The notes below the pieces were generated by a model. It worked only from the letters and a program-made list of their open reading frames with translations. It was not told where the DNA came from and did no database searches. The position numbers and the translations under genes are program-made. Below are positions 1 to 11,949 of a DNA stretch of 63,540 bases, piece after piece. Position 1 is the first letter of the stretch. The number at the start of each line of letters is the position of its first letter. The DNA is from Rhina ancylostomus (Eukaryota): the NCBI GenBank assembly GCA_030265395.1, contig JARFYF010000029.1:12722052-12785591 (forward strand). Direction: 5' to 3'.

Positions 1-776
1 GAACTAAGTACATCAATGCACATACAAGGATTTAATCCCCTTGAAGGGAAATAATTCATGATGTTAACTATTTCTTAAAGTAAGGACATCTCAGGTTTTC
101 GGAATTTTTTTGTGTCTTCCGCTTTGGGGTTGGTGCGAAATGCAGCACCCATTTGAAACACCAGCAAATACCTAATGTCAATTTATTAGACAACAATTTT
201 AAAACTGTATTTGGTCCTGGTTATACCTTATCTAGAATACTTTCTTTAGTTTTGATTCCCAGATTTCAGAGAGAATGGGTGCAGAGGACTTTTTGGTTGA
301 TCCCAGGATCTAAGGAAATGATGAACAAAGAAGTACTGACTGTCCTGGATTTTTTCCCTCTTCTTAAAAGCTAAGAGTGAGAAGGAATATGAAGGAAGAA
401 TTTCCATTTATTAATTATGCAAGATTTAAGGACAAGACATCATTCATCTAAAATAAAGATTTAAACAATGAAAATAGGAATGGTAGGATGGACTTTTTTG
501 TTTAAAAATATAAATTTGGGGAAAAGATTGCAAACATAAGTGGGGAACAAGAAGCCTTAATACTATTAAGGAGGAATGAAGAAGATTTGTGTCAACAAAC
601 GGTATATGCAGTTACTGGAAATGTACCAATGGAATATCGCATCTGGTGAGCTGGATTGACTAGAAGTTTTACCTATGAGCCTTCAAACATGAATTAAGAG
701 CAGAAGGTATTTTATGTCAATGAACTTTTGAGTTGAAACTATTCTTTTATCATATTGATTGTTTTCTTTGACAAAG

Positions 777-900
777 GTACTGATGAAAGATATAGCCACC
801 CCAGTGCCACCTGAAGATGTCAAGAAAGTGGTGCGGAAGTGTCTGGAGAAAGCTGCCTTGATCAATTACTCTCACCTTTCGGAGTATGCCAAAATAGAAG
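777..900 (+). CDS. CADPS2: CADPS2 internal coding exon ([41 protein letters not shown])
   Basis: Acceptor ttttctttgacaaAG|gta, donor gaag|GTtggt; 124 nt, phase 0 to 1. Translation matches the CAPS-family segment; [19 protein letters not shown] fits CAPS2 better than CAPS1. Confidence 0.95.
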
Positions 901-1259
901 GTTGGTGCTTTTGATATAACCATCCATGTAGATGAGAGAGCCAACTGGGTCCATTAAATGAACACTTTGTGACAGGTCTTTTCTCCCATTGAGCAAACCC
1001 TCTGCGAATGCAAATGTCTCATTAAAATCTCAGCTGGTGAACTGCAGTGTCTTTTTCTATTCATGTCTTTAATCTGCCTCACGGGATTTCCTTCCAGTGC
1101 TGAAAACCTTTCACCGGAGCTTTTCTCTTTTCCAGTCGCTTGTGAAACCTTGTTAAGTAACTTGTTTAATTATTTTGCATGGTCTTAAATTATGGTCTTT
1201 TTTAAATTATTACCTAATTTACGTTCTCTCCTTTATATTCCCTTTTTTGCCACTTCAAG

Positions 1260-1280
1260 CAGCAAATGGAAAGGAACCAG
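1260..1280 (+). CDS. CADPS2: Candidate CADPS2 microexon, 21 nt (AANGKEP) or 18 nt from 1263 (ANGKEP), tandem NAGNAG acceptor
   Basis: Long pyrimidine tract with TGC, then AAG|CAG| acceptors and donor CAG|GTAAAT. Phase 1 to 1, frame-preserving, no stop. TGCATG at 1290-1295. It sits where CAPS paralogues carry a short variable insert after EYAKIE. Confidence 0.75.
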
Positions 1281-3189
1281 GTAAATAGATGCATGCATCA
1301 ATAGATGACTGTTCCTCTTAAACAAATTCAATCAATACCTCCCTGATATTCCTCCTGGGTTGTAGTTCAGCCGGTCTTTTTTTTACTGCATTAAGGTTAT
1401 TATTAATACCTTGACGTACCCAGGTACAGAGGGCAGGATTTTTCAGGAAAAAGTCATCTACCTTTTGCATTGCTGCCAGCAATTTCCCCACATGAGTTTG
1501 GGATTTCCCTGCAAGTTCACATAGATACAGAAATCCTGAACTTCCCAGAACCTGCTCGCTTGCAGTTAACCAACTGTGCTCCTACTCTACATGCCCCATG
1601 GCATTCATCAGCAGAGTGCAAAACTGTGGCAGGTCCCCAGCACTTGCGCTGGTCAATGCACTCATTAAACTTGTGCAAGGTTAGACTTGGAGAAGCTTGT
1701 TCTTCTCTACTGGGGGTATCCGTGGATTAGAACAATGGTAAGGTAGTAAGTTGGTGTTACTATGTTTTAAATGCATTTTTGGTTTTGCAATACATATTTT
1801 GTGCATTAGTGTATTATTTTAATGTTTTATTTCATCTAGTTTTTAAAATACTTGGATTCATTTTAGTTACGTAGTTTAATCATTGTAAATAATATTTTCT
1901 TAAAATATAAAAGTTAAACCAAATAAATTTGCTTAGATAATCTATATGATTCAAATGCTATAATTTATCTGAAACTTATTTATTTCTCTCATAGCTGTTC
2001 TTTCCATTGAATGGAATGAAGTCATTGATCATGTGCCAAGTTGAACCTAGTTCAAGTTCAAGTAGGCAAATTTCTCTGTGTAACTATTGGGAAGCTGTAG
2101 CAAGCTGGCCCTCCACCACTGCACTCAGCGTTGCAGTGGTGAGGAGAAATGGCCAGCAAGCACCAGGCTGCTCCTGACAGTTACAGAGGTAAATGTCTGT
2201 AGTTCCAAATGAACTTGCAAACTTTTCTTCAGGAATTCCAGAGCATTACTGGAATTTCTGGAAGATATAATTGAGTTGAGGGGGTGATGATTAAAAAAAA
2301 CTTCCAAAATAAGTTTCCTCACAATAGATTTGATAAAAATGAAAGCTTGTAGAATTGAGAAGGAATTGTATAAATAGGTGATAAGGTGTGTATTTATCAA
2401 GACTTCCAATTGCATAGCAATGAACAACAAATTTTCCTGGGCCATTATTGAAAGATTGATACTGTTCCTAATATTAGCATGAAGATTAGTGCTGAAAGTA
2501 AAGCACATCTATATAATTCAATGGTAAACAGGATGTTCTGAGGAGACATGTATAATTGAACAAAACCTACAGAGATTTAACAGCTAGGCATATTAACATC
2601 TCATGAGATATACAAGGTGGAATACACTGGGGCTAAAAATAGTAAATGTGAATCCACAATGAAAAATAAATTGTTGAATAATGTGGAATAAGAAGATGAC
2701 TTGGGTGTGCTAATTGGCTAAAGCCAAAAATGTTACCAAATGATGTTAATTATTAGAGCTTCACTATATTAATGAGTGTTAGCTCACACTTTGATCCATT
2801 AGTGAGATTAAACTCATAAATTTAATTTCCTTTCAATAGCTTGCTACTTAACAGGTTTGTGCAATGCTACTTTGCACGCTCTTTCAGCTCCCTCATTACC
2901 CTGCGTATTTTAAATAGGTTCATTTAAAATATTCCAGAAAGGAATTTTGACCACATTAAGTTCAATGCTGTTAAAGAAAATAAAAACCTGCAAAGCCTAT
3001 TTTTCCCAGTTTATTACAATGTACAAAATGCACAGAAATGCAGAGAAATTGGTTGAAATTTTTAAAAATGTCAAAGAGTAATGCATTTTAAGGAAAACTG
3101 AGAAAATAAAACCTAACTGGTGCATTTTTAAAGAGGTTAAATTACAAGGAACAGCCTGTACAAACCTGGCTATTACTCCCTAAAATTTG

Positions 3190-3550
3190 CATTAAGGGAT
3201 GATTTGAAATAACTTTTCAAAATTTAGATTGGGGTTGACAGAGTAAATAGACAGAAATAGGTGTTGTTGACTCAAGGTTATAGGTCTGCAGCTTAAGCAA
3301 ACATTGGACCCAGGGCTTTTAAAAACACAGTTAGAAACACTTCCACTTGCCATAGGTGGTAGAAATTTCAAATTCTCTCTGCAAACAACAATTGATGTTA
3401 TATTAGTTGCTAATTTGGAACTTGAGATTGACAGGTTTCTGTTTATAAATTATTAAGGATTATGAGAAGTAACCAGTTTTAGGAGTTAGGTCACAGGTTA
3501 GCCATAATCGCTCTGAATGGCAGAACAAGCTTGAGGGGCTAAATGGCATA
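3190..3550 (+). mobile_element. Old CR1-type LINE 3' fragment
   Basis: Decayed 3'-end motifs (gagattgacaggtttct ... ttaggtcacaggttagccat ... gcttgaggggctaaatggc) shared with the other CR1 tails in the window. Confidence 0.55.
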
Positions 3551-4256
3551 ATGTATGTGGCTGGAACATAGAACCAGGAGTAATGCACATTATATCAATG
3601 ATGTGAGAGAGCTTACCACAGAAACACTAATACCAATATTATGTCAGCATTGTTTTATTGGCCAAACTTGGAACTGTATCAAAAAAATTGTGTTTAAAGT
3701 GACAGGACTGATAAGTTTTAGATTTGTTAGCAGCTAACTGAGGAACTTCTGATTGTAGTAATCTAGGCCAATCAGGACATGGGCATCGGAATGAGATTGT
3801 TATCCTTCTTGGGGGCACTTAATTCAGATCCCTTTATTATGAAGTATTACTCCCAAAGTACATGCTGTTTGGAGTTAGCTCATGCAGTAAAAGTAGGCTT
3901 GTCTTCAGTTTCGTTTTATAAAGATTCATCAAGCAATGACATTCGTTTAAAGTCTGCTGATAATTTTCACATGACATTGCAGCCGTGAGTGGAAACATAA
4001 AGGCTTTAAAGTTATACAGTGCTGAAATAGTATTGTGTTGTGTGGTGGAAAAAATATCCTCATTTGGACTTGTGTTTCTAAAATACTGAGTACACTGAAT
4101 ACATGTTGAATTTACATACAATGCTTCCTATCATGAGATCAACATTCTGGAACTACATTTCAATGCATATCATCATTCAGTCTTCCCGAACTGAAAGAAT
4201 CTGTCTCGGTAATTGCTGGTAGTAACTCAATGCAAAGATCAATTCAAAGTTCCTCA

Positions 4257-4612
4257 GGGGTGGCACAACATCACAGCCAGTTAAGTCGCTGCCTCACAGT
4301 GCCAGAGTCCTGGGTTCAATCCTGACCTCAGGTACTTTCTGTGTGGAGTTTGCACATTCTCCCTGTGACCAGGTAGGTTTCCTCCTGGTGCTCCAGTTTC
4401 CTCAAGGTACATGCAGGTTGGTGGTTAAATCAGCCACTATAAATTGCCCCTACTGTGTAGGTGAGTGCAAGAATCTAGGGGGGAGTTGAGAGTGTGGGCA
4501 CAGTTAAACAAAATGGGATTAATGTAGGATTAATGTAAATGGGTATTTGATGGTCAGCATGGAATCAATGGGCTAAAGGGTCTATTTCTGTTCTGCAGCA
4601 CTCTATGACTCT
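4257..4612 (+). mobile_element. tRNA-derived V-SINE (HE1-like) with CR1-type tail
   Basis: tRNA-like head with B-box GGTTCAATCC, V-domain (tgtgtggagtttgcacattctccctgtg...ggtttcctcc..tgctccagtttcct) and tail gggctaaagggtct...ctctatgactct. Confidence 0.85.
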
Positions 4613-5689
4613 GTGTGTCTTAACATTTTAAACCAATAGATTAACAAGCAGAAGCAAGTCAGGCCAGTGTTCTTAATAAAGAGGATTGAACAACTGTTTG
4701 AATTTATTCTCATAAAACAAGTGAGCGAACAACTCAGTTAGCTGACGTTTAAATGTGAAACTAGGTTTTCTAGTGTGTATTTTTCTGTTTATTTTATCCT
4801 TTTGTTATAAACCTAACAGTTTTTGTTCCTTCTTTAATCTTTATTTCTTCCCACTCTTCAGGTTGCTTTGCAGCATTCAACTTCCCCACAGGGAATGGGC
4901 ATTTGACCATTTTCTAGGCTTTTATCCATTGCTGTTGATAGTGACCTGTTTGTGACAGTTACAACTGGGCCTGATTTGCAATCCCGACTCAAAATTTCCA
5001 TATTGGAAACTCACCACATTGGAAGCCCTAGGAGTGTAAATACAATATGATGACTCCACTTCATCAGAATGCCAGCATTCTTTGCCACTGCCATGTTCTG
5101 AAGTCTATTTGTTTCTTCATCACACATTTTATAATCACTTTAGATCTGCACTGTTTTTTTCACATTTGGTTTCTGAACCATACCCTGCTGCAAACAGAAG
5201 AACATTATTGCCTAGAAATTCTAATGCCTCTTAAATGTTTGGCTCAAAACATCAAAATTCATTTGTGGTTGAGACACAAGATGGGGTTGGGGAGATTTGA
5301 GTGGGAATTAGGTGGAGGTGGTGCTGGAGGTAAGTAGGTTGAGAGGAGTACTTTGCCAGAGGTTTAGCTAAGTATTGCAGTGTTCCCAGTTTGTCACTGT
5401 GGTGCGAAGACCATTTTCGCCAAGGGTACCCAGTGACAGGCACCCTCAGGACAGATCCCCACACAATGCTCCAAAAAGAGTGATACATGGGAAGTGATGT
5501 CAGAAATCACAAGCATGACTCACAACTGGAAGTATGCCACTAAGTTTTCAAAATGATGCAAAAGAATTCAAAAATGTAAACATCCATTTTCAATTGCACA
5601 ATGTTGAAAAAGTAGTGTTTATGCAATCAAATTTATGCAAATATACAATTGTTCTCTCTGACTTGATATGCTGGTGACCAAAATCTCTT

Positions 5690-6140
5690 AATACCCAATT
5701 CCCATTTTAACAAAATGGATCAAAATTTTAAGCAAACTTTAAAAACCATCCCTTCCCAGAATATTCCAAAATAACACAGCTAACATAAAATAGCAATTAA
5801 AACCAGTCTCTTACAGGGTCCAAATATTGTAATCCAGTGGCTCTCTGGAAAATTTCTGAAGCATATCATTGTTCAATAGTGATGTGTCCAATCAATATTG
5901 CACAGATGTTATAAAATCTAAGAGGGTGGGATGCAGAATGCTGCTCGGTACGTGCATACTCCTTTTCATATTGTGAATTGGATGATTTATATAACGTCCC
6001 CCATTGACAGCCCCCTCAAATCTGCCATTCAGACAGTGGTGGTATTGAACTCACACTGCAGTCCTGTAGACTGTATTGAGAAATACTGAAAAGTAATGTT
6101 ATCTTTGTACTTACTCCAAGGTTGATCATTTGCATCAACC
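5690..6140 (-). mobile_element. Heavily decayed piggyBac-like transposase remnant
   Basis: Minus-strand pieces across frameshifts, in the expected order: QPWSKYKDNITF..GLQ, EYARTEQHSASHPL, WT-ITIEQ, TGLQYLDPVRDW, FWNILGRDGF*SLLKILIHF (5712-5771; compare the piggyBac motif F..vMsRdRF..llkflHF). Confidence 0.45.
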
Positions 6141-9100
6141 ACTTGAGTCTCACTCTCTCCAGTTTTATCATTTCAGCTGCAGCTTTTGAATGGTGCTGTG
6201 GCCTTGTTATGTGGTCTAGCTGGCCTGTTGTTCTGTACCAGTCATCCATTTGCACATTTAAGTGCTTTTTTTTTCATTATTTTGTCCTTGCTTGTTTCTG
6301 AAGTATTCACAATAATTGAACAGCTATGTTGAGACTCGCATTTCCATTAATATAGCTGTTCAAAGTGCCCTTTTACCAACACTCCATTATATTGCCTATG
6401 CTGTTAATTGAACTGCTGTGGATGCCTGGAGCCAGTGGCCTTAGTGCAGTTCAGTAGAGTGCATTCTTTTAAGACATTGTGTGTTTCTGCCTCATTGCTT
6501 TCCTTTGCATCAGCCTCTTCATTATTCTATTACATGGTTATTGTTTGTTCTCTCTCCCTTGTTCTTTTTTATATATATTAAAACCCCATCTTCCACGCCT
6601 GAATATCACAGTGCAGTCACCCAAGTCTAAGCAGCCTCCATGGCAGCTTTTGCCAGCCAAAAAGCAGACGAGTGCATCCGATCTGAAGCAAAGTGGCATT
6701 TCTAAACAAAACACAAGTACCGTACACATTTCCTTTTGTCTCCAGCAGCCTTTGACAATGCAGTTGATGCATAGTGTAGTTGATTTGTGTGGCTTCTGCA
6801 TGTTGGAAATATGTTAGTTAAGCATCCAAGGTCTTTCCTCATATTCCGTTCTGTAGCAAAAAAGTAGGTTTTTTTTCAGTGAGGCAAGTGCCAAGGCTAA
6901 CCTCTCTCTTTCTTTAACCTTATTTATTGCCGCAATATCCCAAGGATATCTCTTAAAATCAATTGCTGTTTGAGATGAAGTCTTGTTTTCCTTCTGTCAA
7001 CAAAGCTCAACCCAAAGATGGTTCCACTATTGCAGTCCTCCCACACAGAGCAGTTTCTGGGGACTAAATTTTTGAAAGGTTAGTGTTAACAAGCTGGCAA
7101 TGGGCAATGATAATTGGGTTTTAAACGTGTTCCTAATGATTCTAAAATGAAGATTAGTGGCAGATTTGTAACACTCTCATAAGAGTGTGCCATTTGGGAG
7201 CATAGCATTACTCATATCATAACCAAGGTCAATGCTTATTTCATAGCTCACATTAATAGTTTCCATGTGTCTCTTTAGCAGCGGGGTTGATGCACTACAA
7301 GCATAAATGGCTCTCAGAGACCTGGAATAGCTGTTTTGAGAGATTGCAAGCTAAAACTGGAGACACAAGAGAAACTGCAGATGCTAGAAATGGATGTTTG
7401 TTGTGAACTAAAGCTTCCTGTTATGAAGAGGTAGAAAGGCTGTTAGCTATAAGAAAAAAATTGAAAAGAAAGCAACCTTGCACTTATAGGGATGTAACAT
7501 TGTTAAATGTCTCATAGAATGAACAGTATTGGATGAAGTAGTGATCAGACTGGTTAAGAGCCAAAAGATGTTATTTTTTTTCTTTTTGTAGTGAAAGGTA
7601 AACCAGTTTACCCGACTTTATTAATGTCAGCATTTTGTTAAGAACCAAAGTCAGTCCATAAAAATGATTACAAATGCAGAGCTTTGACCAACTGAACAAT
7701 TTATTGCTTGCATCAAAATTTATATTGAGAGGTGTTTTATTTTAAAATGACATTTAGCCATTTTGATTTTAAAATCAATTTAGCATTGAGAGACAATAGG
7801 TTGAAAATTCTGGGCTCACATCAAGTTGTGCCCCTTACATCGGGAAACATAAGCCATGATCTGCAGGTCAGTGTGATTATGCTATCACATTAGGCAGAAG
7901 TGTGAGTTATCAGTAGACTCTAATTTTATAAGAAACCATTCTGAGACCTAGATTGAATTCAATATGACAGGGGTGGAATCTTGTGAAACATGCCCACCCC
8001 GGTCACCTTGCTTTACAAAAATTGTGCATAACTCTCTTAGCTGAATAGTAATGGGCGCAAGTGAAGATCAGTGTAAGGTGCACATTAAGGTATAAAGTAA
8101 ATNNNNNNNNNNNNNNNNNNNNNNNNNNNNNNNNTTACAAGTAAAGCAGATTAAATACATTAAAGCAGATTAAGTACATTAAAGTGCAGATGTTGAAAAA
8201 GCAAGCAATAAAAAAGAGAAGAAGAGAAAGAAATGGTTGACTTTAACAGATTGCTTCGCTCATCCCAAGGTTTTTTAAAATGTTATTTAGCTGTATAGAG
8301 AGATAATAGCATTAAAATTGTGGACTTGCATCAAGGAGTCCATTGCTAGCAGTTCCAATGGCTGTGGAAACTAGGCCGTGAACCACAGGTCAGTGTGATA
8401 TTTGAGTAGCTTTTGGGCCTCCCACTAAAACTGGCCTTGTGCTGTGCTTCCAATGTTGAGGTTCCAATTGGAACAGCAGGATGTTATTCCTGTTATTATG
8501 TTATATGGAAAAAAAACATTGACATTTTCACTGCTAGTTTTGAGAATATAATTCAGCCTTGTCACTTGACCTTTCATTGCATTGGTAGAATGCTATACAC
8601 TGGAATAGTTAAAGAAAACCATTGCCATAATCAACTGCAGGCTGGGCTGAGATGCTTAGAATGTTTTTTTGATGCATGCTACTGTGTGATAATCCTCTTA
8701 AGTGACAACTCTCTGCGTAATTTGTAATTTATGCCTTAATCTACTTTAATTAACACAGAATGGTCTTGACAATTACAGCAGGTAGTTTTGATTTCCAATA
8801 ACTGAAAAGAATATTGAGTACCACACAGAAGTGAAAATCTGATACATTAGTCGTGATGGTGTGAATCAGAAATTGCAGTTTTCAAATATCTAAATAGGCA
8901 GTAAAGGTTGCAAGTCAGATGTAAGTCCCTCAGCATATATAGGTGCTTTTGAATTTAACTGGTCCTGAGTTCCTTCAGGTCACAGGTTTGGATGACAAAT
9001 GTCCAACCAACAGCATCATGTGCACATGCTTGGCTTCTGATTGGGTTGCAGCCCTGACATGCCAACATTTGGTCTCCCCAGGTACAGGCATGTGCAGGGA

Positions 9101-9344
9101 GATACATACATTTGTACAACCCTTACAATGCACCAACACTTTGCTGTGGGATCTGCTGTGCTCTCCCAGGGAAAATGTCTTTTTCAGGGAAGTAGTCTTG
9201 GTAGCTTTCATAAATTACCAGATATCTTCAGATCTCTTATAATGTCAGGTTAGTGTCCCTTATCCTGTTGAGTGTTTCTTGGCACCAATTAGATAGCTTG
9301 GAAATAAGGGCCGAGGTTGTCTCTTGTGAAGCATAACAATACTT

Positions 9345-9450
9345 CTGACCAAAGTACAGAAAATACTGGAAACACCCAACAGTTTGGGTACCATCTGTGG
9401 AAAGGGAAACTGAGTTAAAGTCTCAAGTCAAAGGCCCTTCAGCCAGAAAG
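9345..9450 (-). mobile_element. Penelope-like terminal-repeat fragment (decayed)
   Basis: aatactggaaacacccaacag...catctgtggaaagggaaac..ggcccttca resembles the better-preserved copy at 12872-12967. Confidence 0.5.
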
Positions 9451-10446
9451 AAAATAAGTTAGTTTTTAGATGCAGAGAAGGTGGAGGAAGGATGGATAAA
9501 CAATGAGAATATCTCTGATAGAGTGATAGGGGGATGCAAGGATTGACATGGTGATAAGGTGTTGATAAAGCAAGTTGGTTAATGTAAGCCTTCAGCGGTT
9601 TCTGTTCCCCAATTCTTCTGACCTCACATGCAACAGAAATTTGCAATGGAGAACCCTCACAAAACCTGTTTTGGCCTGACCTGATTAACCCACCTTTCCT
9701 GGAATTGAAGAATCGCCAGGTTTTGTATCTCTGTCAATAAATTATAAATGGATGGGAATCAAAAACAAAAGAAAAACACATTGCTTTTAATAACATTTGA
9801 ATTATAGGCTTCAAAGAGTTAAGAAATATTCTCTAATTACTGCAAAATGGTAAAATGAGACTTTTGGACATTATGCTAATTCTATTATAGTCTTCAGCAC
9901 AAAAGGAGACAGATTCCTTACACTATCGAAAGGTTAATGATCAGTATATAACTGAAGCTGGATATTTTAATGAGACAATATTTGTTTAGCCTATCATTTT
10001 CGATTAACACCTGTCAGAAACATTCAGAGTACAATCTTTTAAAAGCTTTCAAAGCATTTTCTTTGAAAATTCATTTCTCTTGTGTATAGCAGATAGACCT
10101 AATCAAAACATTTGAAAAGAACTTGGCATATTTGATACAAAAAAAACTATTTCCTTTGGCAGCAGATTGAAAAATTGGGGTGGGGCTGGAGGGAGGGGTT
10201 GTTGCTAGGGCAATTAGGGGTAAATTGGGAAACACTTTTGCCCCTCAGAGACTGGTCAAGCTTTCAAGATTGAGATAGATGGGTTCTTGTAAGATGTGTT
10301 GGTAAATGGAACTGAGATACAGATTATCTATAAACTAATGGTTTACAAGGTCAGGGAGCTTATTGGACTCCTGAACCTTTATTACAGGTTGCAAACAAAA
10401 CTGGTGGTGAGTGATATTTCTCAGCAGAGCCTTGGTGAAAACATTA

Positions 10447-10742
10447 CAGGCCATCCCCAAGTTATGAACACACAACATATGAACACCCCTACATATGAAC
10501 AAGTGCACATAATATTATTAAATTCAAAAGTCCAATGTACGTACATATGCTTGTTCCTATGAACAGTTTCCCCCCTCTCTCTCCACTTTCAGTAATTGTT
10601 CTTTCTTATCAGTGTTATGGGCTTTTGATGCCATTCATTGGCTGTGGATGTACAGTTACCATATCGAGTGACTTTTGAGTATTTTCCGACTGAAGGACAA
10701 AATTGACATAAAGACATCTGTTCATTACCCATGGATGGCCTG
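10447..10742. mobile_element. Tc1/mariner-Tigger-like MITE, 296 bp
   Basis: TA|CAGGCCATCCccaagttatgaac ... gttcattacccatGGATGGCCTG|TA: terminal inverted repeats with TA duplications at 10445-10446 and 10743-10744. Confidence 0.8.
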
Positions 10743-11099
10743 TAGTTGACATCACTGAGTAATGAACCACTACCACAAGTTTTGATTGCTCAATGTTGCT
10801 ATTAACTTTATAAGTTTGACAGGAATGCTTTGGTTGTTGAGCCCCTTAGTATGCAAGCCTCCCATTGAGCAATTAAATGGTTGCAGTGGCAGAGGAGTAG
10901 GTGATTCACGTCTCTTCCTTGTCAGTTGAAGAGGAACCAAGCCATTGCAAGGCGGTTGTACAGCAGTTTGGAACCCTTGTTCAACCTTGTCTGAAGCCAG
11001 GTGGGAATCTACAGCCCCACACAGGGCATTAGATGGAACAGTGAGTAACAGCAGAACACCTTGTGTCGCGTAGGGAAGGGGAGATGGGGATACCAACCC

Positions 11100-11285
11100 T
11101 ACCATAGAGAAGCAGATGTGATAGTGGTGTTTAAGAGGCTTTTTGATAGGCACTTGAATGTACAGGGAATGAAGGGATATGGATCATGTACAGGCAGGAG
11201 AGACTTAGTTTAGTTGGACACAGTGCTTGAAACAGACATGGGGGACTGAAGGGCCTGTTGCTGTGCTGTACTGTTCTATGTTCTA
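11100..11285 (+). mobile_element. CR1 LINE 3' end
   Basis: tttaagaggctttttgataggcac..gggatatgga...gaagggcctgttgctgtgctgtactgttctatgttcta tail, same as 31100-31142. Confidence 0.75.
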
Positions 11286-11309
11286 AGCATACAATTGACA
11301 GCAAAAAAA

Positions 11310-11440
11310 TAAAACTGTGGATGCTGTCGACCTGAAATAAAAAGGGAAAATACTGGACATACTCAGAAGGGTTTGTATCTTCAGAAGCTCTGGCAGCATC
11401 TGTGGGGAGAAAAGCAAAGTAAACGTTTCAGGTTTGACAA
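11310..11440 (-). mobile_element. Penelope-like terminal-repeat fragment
   Basis: gtggatgctg..aaatactggacatactcag...ggcagcatctgtgggg..aacgtttcagg, same family as 12872. Confidence 0.5.
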
Positions 11441-11949
11441 GAAGGGTGTCTGTTGTTTCCATTTGTCAGAGGCTAGGCTACACATGGGCCAGAGAAAGGT
11501 GAGAATTAAAAGGTGGGATTGGAAGTAATGATGGGTTCAGATAATCTTGTGACTATCTATAATCTGACAGCAAAGCATAGTTACTTTAGTATGGTGGGAT
11601 AATGGGGCAGGAGGGTGAGGAATGGTGGAAAGGAATGAACCACCCATGAGGAGAGTGTGATTTATAATCAATATTTGCTCTATTAGCCTGAAAGTAGCTG
11701 TGCATTACAGTATTTTTGTCACAGTGAGCAATGGATGGAAAATACAGTGCCTTACTTTTGTATTTGTTTTATACCCATTCTAAAACTTTAGATTCCAACT
11801 CTTTCTTTGACACAGATGGTATGAACACTTCATTATCAAGTCAAACATCATTCTAACTGTTGTACAATGGAGAAGCCTGCAATCTCTCTAAATACCTGTA
11901 CTACTCAGGCAAAGCGGTCAACCTGCCGAATTAGTTCGTGTCAAAGGCC

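Noticed and set aside
5252-5488. Minus ORF containing DKLGTLQYLA, reminiscent of the lentiviral Vif/SOCS BC-box (SLQYLA)
   Set aside because: Only a short match; there is no other Vif or SOCS-box feature and no retroviral context. Most likely chance.
6851-6890. AG..GT and AG..GC pairs giving 7-nt and 4-nt exons
   Set aside because: Not frame-preserving, and the sites are weak.
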